A stretch of DNA of 18,974 bases from an uncultured Gemmatimonadales bacterium (GTDB taxonomy: Bacteria > Gemmatimonadota > Gemmatimonadetes > Gemmatimonadales > GWC2-71-9). Location of the stretch: contig CAWGED010000013.1 of assembly GCA_963821525.1 (NCBI GenBank), positions 1-18,974 of the forward strand. The letters are read 5' to 3'. Positions 1 to 9,205 of the stretch are shown piece after piece. The notes under the pieces are model-generated. The model did no database searches and had not been told where the DNA came from. It worked only from the letters and a program-made list of their open reading frames with translations. Both the position numbers and the translations under genes were made by a program. Numbering within the stretch: the first letter of the stretch is position 1; each line of letters begins with the position of its first letter.

Positions 1-277
1 GGTTTAGTGCACCGGGCGGACTGGCGGTGAAGTCGCGTCATGCGCCCCGGTCTGCATTACACATTCCACCTGCGGTCCAACGCGAAATTCCAGGCCGGGC
101 GGCCTGTCACGGCGGGCCAAGGGCGCGAGAGCTTCCTAACGGGCACTGGATTCCACCCTCACGAGCGGACGGGCCTGGCCGATCTTTCCAATACGGGGGG
201 CACGGGCGTACTCCGCGGGGGACACCACTGCGCGCGGGAGTCGAGGCCCCGAACGGTTCGACTCTCCTCATCTCTTT
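1..277 (+). pseudogene. Internal fragment of a peptide/nickel ABC transporter substrate-binding protein (OppA/DppA-like, family 5), frameshifted and truncated
   Basis: Family-5 binding-protein-like segments across three frames: GLHYTFHLRSNAKFQAGRPVTA (frame 1), RALDSTLTSGRAWPIFPIRGARAY (frame 2) and GVEAPNGSTLLIS (frame 3). The similarity stops at about 277. May be sequence error rather than a true pseudogene. Confidence 0.65.
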
Positions 278-358
278 CTGAGTCTCGTTTTCGTGCTGGT
301 CAATCTTCTTACCGATCTCCTCTATGCGAAAGCTGATCCGAGGGTGGCGTTTGAGTAG
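272..358 (+). CDS. C-terminal fragment of a peptide ABC transporter permease (OppB/DppB-like)
   Basis: Frame 2 reads LFLSLVFVLVNLLTDLLYAKADPRVAFE-stop (TAG 356-358), matching the typical NLxxDLLYxxxDPR terminus of OppB/DppB permeases. Confidence 0.75.
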   Translation, partial: LFLSLVFVLVNLLTDLLYAKADPRVAFE

Positions 359-495
359 GACGGACAGGGCGATCAGGGCGGAGTAGGACGGACAGGACGA
401 ACGGGGGGGCCGACAGGACGGACAGGGCGGTCGGTGGGATTGACCTTCCTGACCGTCGTGACCGTCTGTGTCCGCCGTGATCGCCCTGTCCCGCC
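357..495. repeat. 9-bp tandem repeats (AGGRCGGWC-like) followed by an inverted arm (GWCCGYCST-like)
   Basis: Left units at 357, 366, 375, 385, 394, 415 and 424. Right units at 442, 451, 460, 470, 479 and 488. Bases 362-375 are the exact reverse complement of 478-491. Confidence 0.85.
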
Positions 496-1964
496 GGTCC
501 CACCCTTTCCGCTCAGATATCGAAGTCCCAAACCAAGCGCATCGACTCCTTACTCGACGCGCCACCATTCAATCGGCACTTCTGGGGCATTGCGCTGGTG
601 GACGACAAGGGCAAGCTCCTCTACAGGAGGAGACGCCGACCGACTCTTTGTCCCGGCGAGCAACACCAAGCTGGTGGTGAGCGCGGTGGGCTCGGCCCGG
701 TTGGCTCCCGATTGGACGGTCACGACCAGCGTGTACGGGAGCGGGCCGATGACAGCGGCACCCTGGACGGCGACCTCATTCTGTACGGTCGGGGATCGCC
801 GTTCTCGGGGATCCGCTGCTACGCGACCGACAGCACCCTCCCTGGAGTCTGCGATAGCGACCCCTTCGCTCCGTACCGCGCGTTGGCGGAGTCGCTCAGC
901 GCACGCGGGCTCAAGGTCGTGACTGAGAATGCATCGGCGACGGAAGCTGGTTCGATGGCGAGCTGATCCACCCGGGCTGGGAGAGCTACGACCTGAGCTG
1001 GTGGTACGCGGCGCCGGTCTCGGGGCTGGGCTTCAACGACAACAGTGTGGACCTCGCCTGGGAGCCGGGACGAGCGCAATACGCCCCCGCTTCGATCAGC
1101 ATGACGCCGGAAGTCGGAGACGTCACGCTGGAGAACCGGACTCAGACTGGCGCCTCCGGCAGCGACGACACCATCGATTTCTTCCGGATCCCCGGCTCGA
1201 TGACGCTCTGGGCCCAGGGCAACGTCGCGGCCGACAGCAAAGGCGGAACGGAATACTTCGCGATGCCCGATCCGAATCTGTTCACCGCGCGGGCCTTCCG
1301 CCGCATGCTGAACGAAGCGGGAATCAGCATCCTGGGGACCACCCGTTCGACGACCGACTCGGTCAAGTATTCCGGGTGCGCGGACCGCGTCTCCTCTCGC
1401 CGAGCTCAAGTCACGCCCGCTGCGGGACTGGGTCTTCCCCATCCTGAACACCAGCCAGAACTGGTACGCCGAAATGCTGCTCAAGGAGCTGGGCAAGCAG
1501 TTCGGGAAGGCGGGCTCCTGGTCGGAAGGCATCGAGGTCGAACGCCGCTTTCTCATTGATTCAGTCGGAGCGGACTCGACCCAGTTCAGCCTGAGCGATG
1601 GCTCCGGCCTCTCAAGCGTGAACTTCGTCTCTCCACTCACGTTTACGAGGTTGCTGCTCTTCATGCGCAGCCACCCGAACTTCCAGACATTCGTGGCCGG
1701 CCTGCCGCAGTCCGGCAATACCAGATGAGCTTCAAGAGCCGGTTCGTCGCAACACCGCTCGAAGGGAAGGTCTGGGCCAAGACCGGCAGCGTCGGCGGAT
1801 TCAACACGCTCTCGGGCTATTTCGAGCTGAACAACGGCAAGACCTACACCTTCTCCGTGCAGGCGAATCACCATGTGCTGGGCGGGCGGACTATGTTGCC
1901 CGAGATTGACAGTGTGGTCGTTGCACTTGCGAAGGCGGTTTCGAAGAAGAAGTGGGGGGGGTAG
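434..1964 (+). CDS. dacB: D-alanyl-D-alanine carboxypeptidase/endopeptidase (PBP4, peptidase S13), multiple frameshifts; start uncertain (TTG 351 or GTG 434)
   Basis: SxxK in PASNTK (653-670), SxN in TSQNWYAE (S at 1453), DGSGLS and KTG in AKTGS (1779-1787). The mature N-terminus AQISKSQTKRIDSLLDAPPFNRHFWGIALVD is in frame 1. Confidence 0.9.
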
Positions 1965-2008
1965 ACAAGGCTTACGGCTAGAGCGTAGAAAAAGAAGGGA
2001 GAGACAGA

Positions 2009-2515
2009 ATGCTTCTCCTCATCATCAGGCACGGGGACGCGGGTTCCCGCGATGCGACGAAGTGGCCCGATGACACCGAGCGGCCCCTGACCAAACAGGG
2101 CAGCCGGCAAACGGCGAAGATGGCGAAACGGCTGCGCCGCCGCGGCTACGTCCCGACTGTCCTGCTCAGCAGTCCGTGGGTTCGAGCGTGGCAAACGGCG
2201 GAGGTCGTAGCCCAGGAGTTCGAGGATGATGGGCTAATGCCGGAGGCTTGCGAGCCGCTGGCAACCATGCCGCGGATCGAGCGGTTCGCCGAGGTCATCG
2301 GCACCCAGGGGGATGAGGCCATGGTCGCCCTGGTCGGCCACGAGCCGTGGCTGGGGAGAGCTGTCGCCTCCCGTCTCCCTACCTCCAGTACCTCTCGGCT
2401 GCAGATCGATTTCCCGAAAAGCGGAGTGATCGGGATCGAACTCGAGACAGTCGAAAGTGGCGCGGGAAGATTGATGTTCTTCTGGAGGCCGAAGGGGGAG
2501 TGGATAATCAATTGA
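2009..2515 (+). CDS. sixA: Phosphohistidine phosphatase SixA family
   Basis: IIRHGDA, D-x-x-RPLT, SSPWVRAWQTA and VGHEP motifs. Purine-rich RBS-like AAGGGAG upstream. Confidence 0.85.
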   Translation: MLLLIIRHGDAGSRDATKWPDDTERPLTKQGSRQTAKMAKRLRRRGYVPTVLLSSPWVRAWQTAEVVAQEFEDDGLMPEACEPLATMPRIERFAEVIGTQGDEAMVALVGHEPWLGRAVASRLPTSSTSRLQIDFPKSGVIGIELETVESGAGRLMFFWRPKGEWIIN

Positions 2516-2577
2516 ATCGCAAATTGCCGATTGCCAATTGCCAATTGCTAATGGCTGACGGCTGACGGCTGACGGCT
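2515..2577. repeat. Nine in-phase heptamers drifting from AATTGCC to GACGGCT
   Basis: aatcgca aattgcc gattgcc aattgcc aattgct aatggct gacggct gacggct gacggct. Confidence 0.9.
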
Positions 2578-2593
2578 ATTAACTTCCCCCGCC

Positions 2594-3961
2594 ATGAATT
2601 CCCCCAATCCATTGCGGGTGGCGATCGTCGGCACCGGGCCGTCGGGATTGTACGCCGCAGAGCACCTGCTGAAGAAGCACCCAGGAGTCGAAATCGATCT
2701 CTTCGATCGGCTTCCCACTCCCTTTGGACTGGTGCGCGGCGGAGTGGCCCCGGTTCGTCAAAAGATCAAGTCGGTCACCCGGGTCTACGAGAAGATCGCG
2801 TTGCAGCCCGGCGTTGGGTTCGTGGGCAACGTCCTCATCGGCAGGGATTTAGACGCGAGGAATTGCTCGATCACTACCATGCCGTCATCTATGCGTTCGG
2901 GGCCCACAGCGACCGCACCCTGGGCATCCCGGGAGAACATCTCGCCAGGAGCCGGCGCCACCAGTTTGTCGGCTGGTACAACGGCCATCCCGACTACAAG
3001 GACCACAGCTTCGACCTTTCACAGGAAAACGTCGTGGTCATTGGCGTCGGGAATGTCGCCGTGGACGTGACCCGGGTCCTGTCGCGCACGCCCGAGGAGC
3101 TGGCCAAGACTGACATCGCTCCTTACGCCCTCGAGGCGCTCCGGAACAGCGGGGTGAAGAACGTCTATATGATCGGCCGCCGCCGGACCGGTCCAGGCCG
3201 CATTCACCAATCCTGAGCTCAAAGAGCTGGGCGAGATGCCCGGCGCCGACATCGTCGTACTCCCGAACGAGCTGGCGCTCGACGAAGGGAGCCGCGCTAC
3301 CCTGGCCCGGGCCGAGGAGCGCACTGCAGAGAAGAACCTGCATACGCTGGAGGCCTTCGCCTCGAAACCGCAGGAAGGGAAGCCGATGCGGATCCACTTG
3401 CGATTCTTGCTGTCTCCGCTGGAATTGCACGGCGACGGTAGAGTGGAAGCGGTGAAACTGGCCCGGAATCGCCTGGTCGCGGCGGCCAATGGAGACCTTC
3501 GCGCGGAACCCACCGGCGAAACCGAAGTCATCCCTGCCGGACTCGTCTTCCGCTCCGTTGGCTATCTCGGCACCGGCATTGCCGGTGTCGTACTCGATGC
3601 GAAGCGCGGCATCGTGCCGAACGAAGGAGGCAGAGTAGTGATCGCTCCCGGCACCGCCAGCCAGGGCGAGTACGTCGTGGGTTGGATCAAGCGGGGCCCT
3701 ACCGGGGTGATCGGAACTAACAAGCCCGACGCGACGGAGACCACGGATCATCTGCTGGAGGACTTCACGTCAGGCAAGCTGGAGCGGACTCTTTTCCCCC
3801 GAGACGAAATAGACCGCATGCTCGAGCAGCGCGGCGTGCGGGTGGTGGCCTGGAACGACTGGCGAAAACTGGATCAGATCGAGCGCGAGCGCGGGGCTGC
3901 CCTCGGCCGGCCCCGACTCAAATTCACCACCGTCGCCGACATGCTGGGGGCCCTCGGATGA
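2594..3961 (+). CDS. Ferredoxin-NADP+ reductase, adrenodoxin-reductase/FprA type (frameshifts near 2855 and 3185)
   Basis: [14 protein letters not shown] (FAD), [32 protein letters not shown] (NADP) and [14 protein letters not shown], spread over three consecutive ORFs. Confidence 0.9.
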
Positions 3962-5049
3962 AGCCAATCAGACTCGCTCTGCTCGGCGGTGTCCTGCTTC
4001 AGGGGTGCAGCAACTTCGGAAAGTTCGTGGAAGAGGTATTCGAAGGCCGCCCAGTGGTTCCACTTCAGGCGGCGGAAATCTCCAGCGATGCCCGGCTGGA
4101 TTCGACCGGCGCCATCGTGGGAAGCTTCGTGGGCGAGGGCACCAGCCGCCGAGTACATCTTCTCTCCAGCGACACGGGGTTGGTCGCCGCTCTGGTCAGG
4201 CGCTATCGCCCGGTCAACCAGCGGGGCTCGACGGTGTGGGAGTGGCTCGACAAGCAAGGCACCTACGCCATCAACGTGGATCGGCGTCGCGATCCGATCC
4301 TCGCCAACCAGCCGATGGTGACCGGCTCACCCGACGGGCACACCGCGGTAGAGCTGGAGACCATCTTGTTGCACGGCAGCCGGTGCGGTTGGCGCGGGAC
4401 TCAGGTGGAGTTCATCGTCGATCCGGTCGGCTCCAATTCTTCGCTCCGCGGTCCGGTAGTCGGATCCTTTGGGATTCGCGACAGGGACTGGCGGGAAGAT
4501 CATGGGTACCGCACCCCACCAACGAGGCCGGATGGCCGGCTGGTGGACACGCTTCTCGCGGCGACAGCTGCAGCAATGGATTCGGTGCTCCAATCGCGGC
4601 TCTCCTCGCGGGACCTGCCGCTCGCGTCGGTCGCAGGAGCCCGGCTTGAGGTGAATACCCTTGAAGACATCGATGCGGCCGATGTCCTGGCGTTCCAGCT
4701 GGGAGACGGACGGGTACGCTACGCCGTCTCGCTGCGGGAACAGCGCCGGACCGGCTCGGGGACCCGCTCGTGGCGGCGACGGTAATGGTGTGGGACACCT
4801 CCATGGTCTGGCGCCAATTCGTTTTTGCTCCCACTCTGCTGGAGTTCCGTTACGGCAGGCTTCGGCCCTGGAAGTCCTGGCCTCCTCTTCTTCTGGCGGC
4901 GGCTCGATGCGATGAGCGGATTCGCCTTCCAGCGCGACTATCTCTGGATGGAGCAGGTGGACGTCGCCGATGACGCGGTACTCTGGACGGTGCTGGAGCC
5001 ACGAAGCAACACGGTCGTCGCCGCAGCGGAGGTGGATGGTCCGTGTTGA
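3958..5049 (+). CDS. Hypothetical lipoprotein, frameshifted near 4770 and about 4870-4895
   Basis: [17 protein letters not shown] signal with lipobox-like LQGC. ATGA overlap with the upstream gene. The last piece ends in [15 protein letters not shown], overlapping the GNAT start. Confidence 0.6.
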
Positions 5050-5567
5050 TTGGAACCGGTCGGCTCGAGCTGATTCCCTTCACTCCCGAAGCCATCGATC
5101 TGCTGCTAGCGCGGGACCAGAAGCGATTGCGGGAAATCGCCGGACTCGAGTTCCCCGAACCGCTTCGGCCACCGCCGTTGATGGAAGAACTGCTCCCCGA
5201 GGTGCGAGACCGGCTTCGCGCCGCGCCGACGACCCTTGGTTGGTGGACCTGGCTCGCGGTGGAGCGGGACTCGCGGCGGGTGACGGGCGCCCTTGGCTTC
5301 GGCGGCCCGCCCGATCCCGAAGGTGCCGTGATGGTCGGCTACTCGACGTATCCAGGAGCGGATCGGAAGGGCTACGCCTCGGAAGCGACCCGGGCACTGG
5401 TGGAATGGGCGCTTGCTCAGCCCGGTGTCACCCGGGTCTGCGCCAGCATCCCTCCCGACAACTGGCCGGCACGCCGAGTGGCCGAGAAAGTCGGGATGAA
5501 GATATTCGCAACCGTGTGGGAAGAGGACATCGATGAAGTCCTGCTCTACCGTATCGAGCGCCAATGA
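5043..5567 (+). CDS. GNAT N-acetyltransferase (RimJ/RimL-like)
   Basis: TGRLELIP at the N-terminus, [13 protein letters not shown] (acetyl-CoA motif A) and [13 protein letters not shown]. Confidence 0.85.
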   Translation: MLIGTGRLELIPFTPEAIDLLLARDQKRLREIAGLEFPEPLRPPPLMEELLPEVRDRLRAAPTTLGWWTWLAVERDSRRVTGALGFGGPPDPEGAVMVGYSTYPGADRKGYASEATRALVEWALAQPGVTRVCASIPPDNWPARRVAEKVGMKIFATVWEEDIDEVLLYRIERQ

Positions 5568-5583
5568 CGAATCCGGAATCGTG

Positions 5584-6126
5584 ATGAAGATCTACACCAA
5601 GACGGGAGACGAAGGCGACACCGGTCTCTTTGGCGGAGGACGGGTGCCGAAGGACGATCCCCGGGTCGATGCGTACGGAGAAGTGGATGAGCTCAACTCC
5701 GCGATCGGCGTCGCGCGGCTGCGGCTCCGGTTGCCCTGTTCGATGAATTGCTCGAAAGCATCCAGCGCGACCTCTTCGCGATCGGGGCCAGCTGGCGAGT
5801 CCCGATCCGGAGAAGGTGCGTAAGGCGCTCGAGAAGGCAGGTCTCTCGGAGGAGCGGGTCGCCGTGATGGAGCGAGCCATCGATGAGGCCGATCGCGAGC
5901 TGCCTCCACTCACGGCGTTCGTCCTTCCTGCCGGCAGTGCCAAGGCGGCGGCGTTGCATCTCGCGCGAACCGTGTGCCGGCGGGCGGAGCGTTCCGTCGT
6001 GGGGCTTTCCCGTGACACCGCGGTGCCCCCACTCTTCGTAGTCTATCTCAATCGGCTGTCCGACTTGCTTTTCACGCTGGCCGCCTGGCCAATCACCGCG
6101 AAGGGGTGCAAGAAACGAAGTGGTGA
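5584..6126 (+). CDS. pduO: PduO-type ATP:cob(I)alamin adenosyltransferase (frameshifted)
   Basis: [38 protein letters not shown] and [10 protein letters not shown]. The tail [16 protein letters not shown] is in a shifted frame. Confidence 0.9.
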
Positions 6127-7211
6127 GGCCTCCTATCCCGGTCGCTCACGCGCTGGGGAACTATCCGGTTCATGTCGATGTCGGAGCGCTGGCGGGTTTA
6201 CCCGAGATGCTGGCCGGTCTCTGGGGGGAACGTCGTTTGGCGATCATCACCGACACCCACGTCGCGGCGTTGTATGACAAGTGGGCTCAGGGAAACACTG
6301 TGCGCGCCGAGGCCACGCTCATCTTCCCTGCCGGTGAAGAATCCAAGACCCGCGAGACCTGGATCCGACTCTCCGACGAGCTGCTCGCCCGGGGCTTCGG
6401 CCGCGACTCGGCGATCGTAGCGATTGGCGGGGGCGTGGTGGGAGACATGGCGGGATTCGTGGCCGCCACCTACTGCCGCGGCGTTCCGTATGCGCAGGTC
6501 CCCACGACGCTGCTTGCGATGCTCGATGCCTCGGTCGGCGGAAAGGTCGGGGTCGATACACCGCAGGGGAAAAACCTGATCGGAGCCTTCACCCGCCGGC
6601 GATCGTCGTCTCCGATCCGGCTACGCTGATGGACCTGCCGGCAGCCGAGTATCGCGCCGGATTTGCCGAGGCGATCAAGCACGGCATGATCGCGGACGCG
6701 GGCTATTTCGATTGGATCGAGACCCATGCCTCGGACTCGTCGCGCGGTCCGAGGAGACCCTGGTGGATCTGATTCGGCGAAGCGTGGAGATCAAGGCGGA
6801 GGTGGTCAGCGCGGACGAACGAGAGTCGGGGCGGCGCGCGATTCTCAACGCGGGTCATACCGTGGCGCATGCGCTGGAGACCGAATCCGGTTTTCAACTG
6901 GCTCACGGTGAAGCCGTCGCCCTGGGGCTGATCGCGGAGACCCAGATTGCCGAGCGACTGGGAATCGCTCGAACCGGACTCTCACAACAAATCGCCAGCC
7001 TCGCGGGAGCGCTGGCCTGCCGATCGAGTCGCAGACTCCGCGCGATCTCCAGCGTCTGATGCAAGCGCTGACGCGCGACAAGAAAAATCGCGCCGGAACA
7101 ATTCATCTCGCATTGCCGGAAGACGTGGGAAGAATGCACGTCGCAAACGGACAGTGGACTGTGCCGGTGGATAGCACGATGATCATGGAGGTTTTGGTCC
7201 AGCGCAGCTGA
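6123..7211 (+). CDS. aroB: 3-dehydroquinate synthase (frameshifted)
   Basis: GEESKT, IGGGVVGDMAGFVAATY, VPTTLLAMLDASVGGK, KNLIGAF, GFAEAIKHG, RAILNAGHTVAHALE, HGEAVALG and RDKKN. Confidence 0.93.
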
Positions 7212-7383
7212 TTCACACAACGCACCACACGCCTTCCACAGCTCTCCACCTTTCCCCTTCTTGTAACCGACTGTACGACAATCAGTTACCTGCTTGTATT
7301 GAATCGCGGCAATTGTGGAAAGCTGTGGAAAGGTGGACAAAACTTGGAATCGTCTGGTGCTGAACGATTTGTGATGTGGAAAT
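7209..7383. promoter_or_regulatory. Cluster of DnaA-box-like 9-mers around an imperfect palindrome
   Basis: TGATTCACA 7209, CCTTCCACA 7232, CTCTCCACC 7242, TGTGGAAAG 7314 and 7324, GGTGGACAA 7332 and TGTGGAAAT 7375. Palindrome at 7263-7289. Confidence 0.5.
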
Positions 7384-7393
7384 CTAAAAATGC

Positions 7394-7422
7394 TTGACCG
7401 TCTCTCCGGGGCGTCCTATATT
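7394..7422 (+). promoter_or_regulatory. Sigma70-type promoter of the sigma factor gene
   Basis: TTGACC (7394-7399), 17-bp spacer, TATATT (7417-7422). GGGGAG lies just before ATG 7500. Confidence 0.75.
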
Positions 7423-7499
7423 CGCACACCTTTTTTGACGGCCACCGCGGGCCGCCTCCCTTCGAACAAAGTTCAGCAGCACTTCCGCTCGGGGAGTCT

Positions 7500-8390
7500 A
7501 TGGCATCACTCAACGAGAGCCGGGGCAAAGTTTTCTTTCGTCCAGTTGCAACCGGCGCGTTCGATCAGTATCTGCAGGACATTCAAAAGTTGCCGATGAT
7601 CACCGATCCCGCCGAGGAGAAACGGCTGGCCCGGCTGGTCCAGAAGGGAGATGAGAAGTCGGCGGAACGCCTGGTAACGGCCAACCTGAGATTCGTCATC
7701 TCCTACGTGAAGAAGTATCAGGGCCACGGTCTGGATCTCGCCGAGCTGGTGGCGATCGGCAACGAAGGGCTCCTCAAAGCAGTTCGCAAATTCGATCCCG
7801 ATCACGGCGTGAAGTTCATTTCCTACGCGGTCTGGTGGGTGCGGCAAGCGGTTCTCAAGGCGCTTGCCGAACAGACTCGCAGCGTACGCATCCCGCTCAA
7901 CCAGAATTCGGCGCTGATCAAGATGTCCCGCGCCGAGACCTTCCTGTCGCAGGAGCTGGGACGCGAGCCGACCGATGAAGAGATCGCAATGGCACTGAAC
8001 GACTCGGTCGACAACATCCGCTCCGCTCGACGCATGACGTCGGCGGAGCTTTCGCTTGATGCTCCCCTGAGCGGGGCGACAAGAATGCGGGAACGCTCGG
8101 GAGCGCTTTGCCGGGCCCGAAGGTTCGACATCGAGGAGAAGACCGACGCTCGGCTCACCCGCGAGTTCATCGATCGCATCTTCGAGCGGTACCTGACTCC
8201 ACGCGAGCGCAAGATCCTCTACCTCTACTACGGGCTCGAGGAAGGCTCCGAGGCTCTCACGCTGGAGAAGATCGGCGAGCTGCTGGGGGTCACCCGGGAA
8301 CGCATTCGCCAGATCCGGGAACGCGCCTTCGAGAAGCTGCGCCAGTCGCCGGACGTGAAGGGGCTGAAGGGGCACTGGATAGCGGCGTAG
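7500..8390 (+). CDS. RNA polymerase sigma-70 family factor (RpoD/RpoS-like, lacking region 1.1)
   Basis: Region 1.2 YLQDIQK, region 2 LVTANLRFV..GNEGLLKAVRKFDP..KFISYAVWWVRQ and region 4 TLEKIGELLGVTRERIRQI. A short, probably compensated frameshift at about 8070-8125. Confidence 0.93.
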   Translation: MASLNESRGKVFFRPVATGAFDQYLQDIQKLPMITDPAEEKRLARLVQKGDEKSAERLVTANLRFVISYVKKYQGHGLDLAELVAIGNEGLLKAVRKFDPDHGVKFISYAVWWVRQAVLKALAEQTRSVRIPLNQNSALIKMSRAETFLSQELGREPTDEEIAMALNDSVDNIRSARRMTSAELSLDAPLSGATRMRERSGALCRARRFDIEEKTDARLTREFIDRIFERYLTPRERKILYLYYGLEEGSEALTLEKIGELLGVTRERIRQIRERAFEKLRQSPDVKGLKGHWIAA

Positions 8391-8532
8391 TGAGTAGGGA
8401 GTAGGGGGTAGGGAGAGACGAACTGGCTGGTAATCGTCGCCCTCGGGGAACTTCTCCGGGGGCTTTGCGTTGCCCTCCGGGCCGCGACCTCTCACGCCCC
8501 CTACTCCCTACCCCCTACTCCCTACTCCCTAC
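8387..8532. repeat. Heptamer tandem inverted repeat (GTAGGGA x4 / TCCCTAC x5)
   Basis: 8394-8415 is the exact reverse complement of 8504-8525 (22 bp). Confidence 0.92.
8439..8471 (+). terminator. Intrinsic terminator-like hairpin after the sigma gene
   Basis: Stem GCCCTCGGGGA / TCTCCGGGGGC (with G-U pairs) followed by TTTGCGTT. Confidence 0.6.
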
Positions 8533-8557
8533 CCCAGCACTCCCCTACTTTCCAACC

Positions 8558-9205
8558 ATGCTCCCGCTCTTTCCCCTCACAACCGTGCTGTTTCCCGGCG
8601 CCCCGATGCCGCTCCACATCTTCGAGCCCCGCTACCGGCAGATGCTGGCGGACTGTCTCGAGGGCGACCGCCGCTTCGGGCTGGTGCCCGGAGAGCAGGC
8701 GGAACCGGGGGCAGTAGGCTGTATCGCCCATGTCCGGGTGGCGCAGCCACTAGCCGACGGCAGGTCCAACATCGTCGTCATGGGGGAGAAGCGATTCAGG
8801 CTGCTCGCTGTCGAAGCCGCGGAGCATCCATACCTGATGGGTCGAACCGAGGACTATGAGGATCGGCCCGAGAGCGCGCCCACGTCCCAGGACCAGAGCG
8901 CCCTTATCGACCTCGCGGGGCGGTACCGCGAGTTGCTCCGAGTGCTGATGGACGGGGCCGGTGAGTCAGCCGAGTGGTCGAGCGAGCCAGTCCCGCTCTC
9001 ATTTCAGGTCGCTGCCCTGCTGGAAGCTCCACTCGAGATTCGGGTGCGGTTGCTCGCGACTCGTTCCACCACCGCGCGGGTCAAGGTGCTCATCGAAGTG
9101 CTCCCTCCGTTGCTGCGCGAGGCGAGTACCCGGGTCGAGGTCCATCTCCGCGCGCCCAGCAACGGGGTGGGCGGCCCTCATCACGAGATCGTCGCAGAGG
9201 GATGA
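8558..9205 (+). CDS. Stand-alone Lon protease substrate-binding (LON-N) domain protein
   Basis: MLPLFPLTTVLFPGAPMPLHIFEPRYRQML and LADGRSNIVVMGEKRF. No AAA or protease domain. The upstream ORF extension is just the translated repeat. Confidence 0.88.
   Translation: MLPLFPLTTVLFPGAPMPLHIFEPRYRQMLADCLEGDRRFGLVPGEQAEPGAVGCIAHVRVAQPLADGRSNIVVMGEKRFRLLAVEAAEHPYLMGRTEDYEDRPESAPTSQDQSALIDLAGRYRELLRVLMDGAGESAEWSSEPVPLSFQVAALLEAPLEIRVRLLATRSTTARVKVLIEVLPPLLREASTRVEVHLRAPSNGVGGPHHEIVAEG

Noticed and set aside
434..7211. Programmed frameshifting, recoding or an alternative genetic code
   Set aside because: The breaks are numerous, occur in both directions, lack a common slippery motif and are frame changes rather than in-frame stops.
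7209..7499. Definite oriC or a structured ncRNA/riboswitch
   Set aside because: No dnaA, dnaN or gidA neighbours, no clear unwinding element and no recognisable RNA family motif. Kept only as a DnaA-box-like cluster.
7500..8390. Assigning rpoD, rpoS or rpoH
   Set aside because: Short sigma-70 paralogues cannot be assigned without a phylogeny.
8465..8557. N-terminal ORF extensions (LLPTPYSLLPTP here; similar at 17396-17485 and 18710-18814)
   Set aside because: These are translations of the heptamer arrays. Family similarity begins at the downstream start codons.
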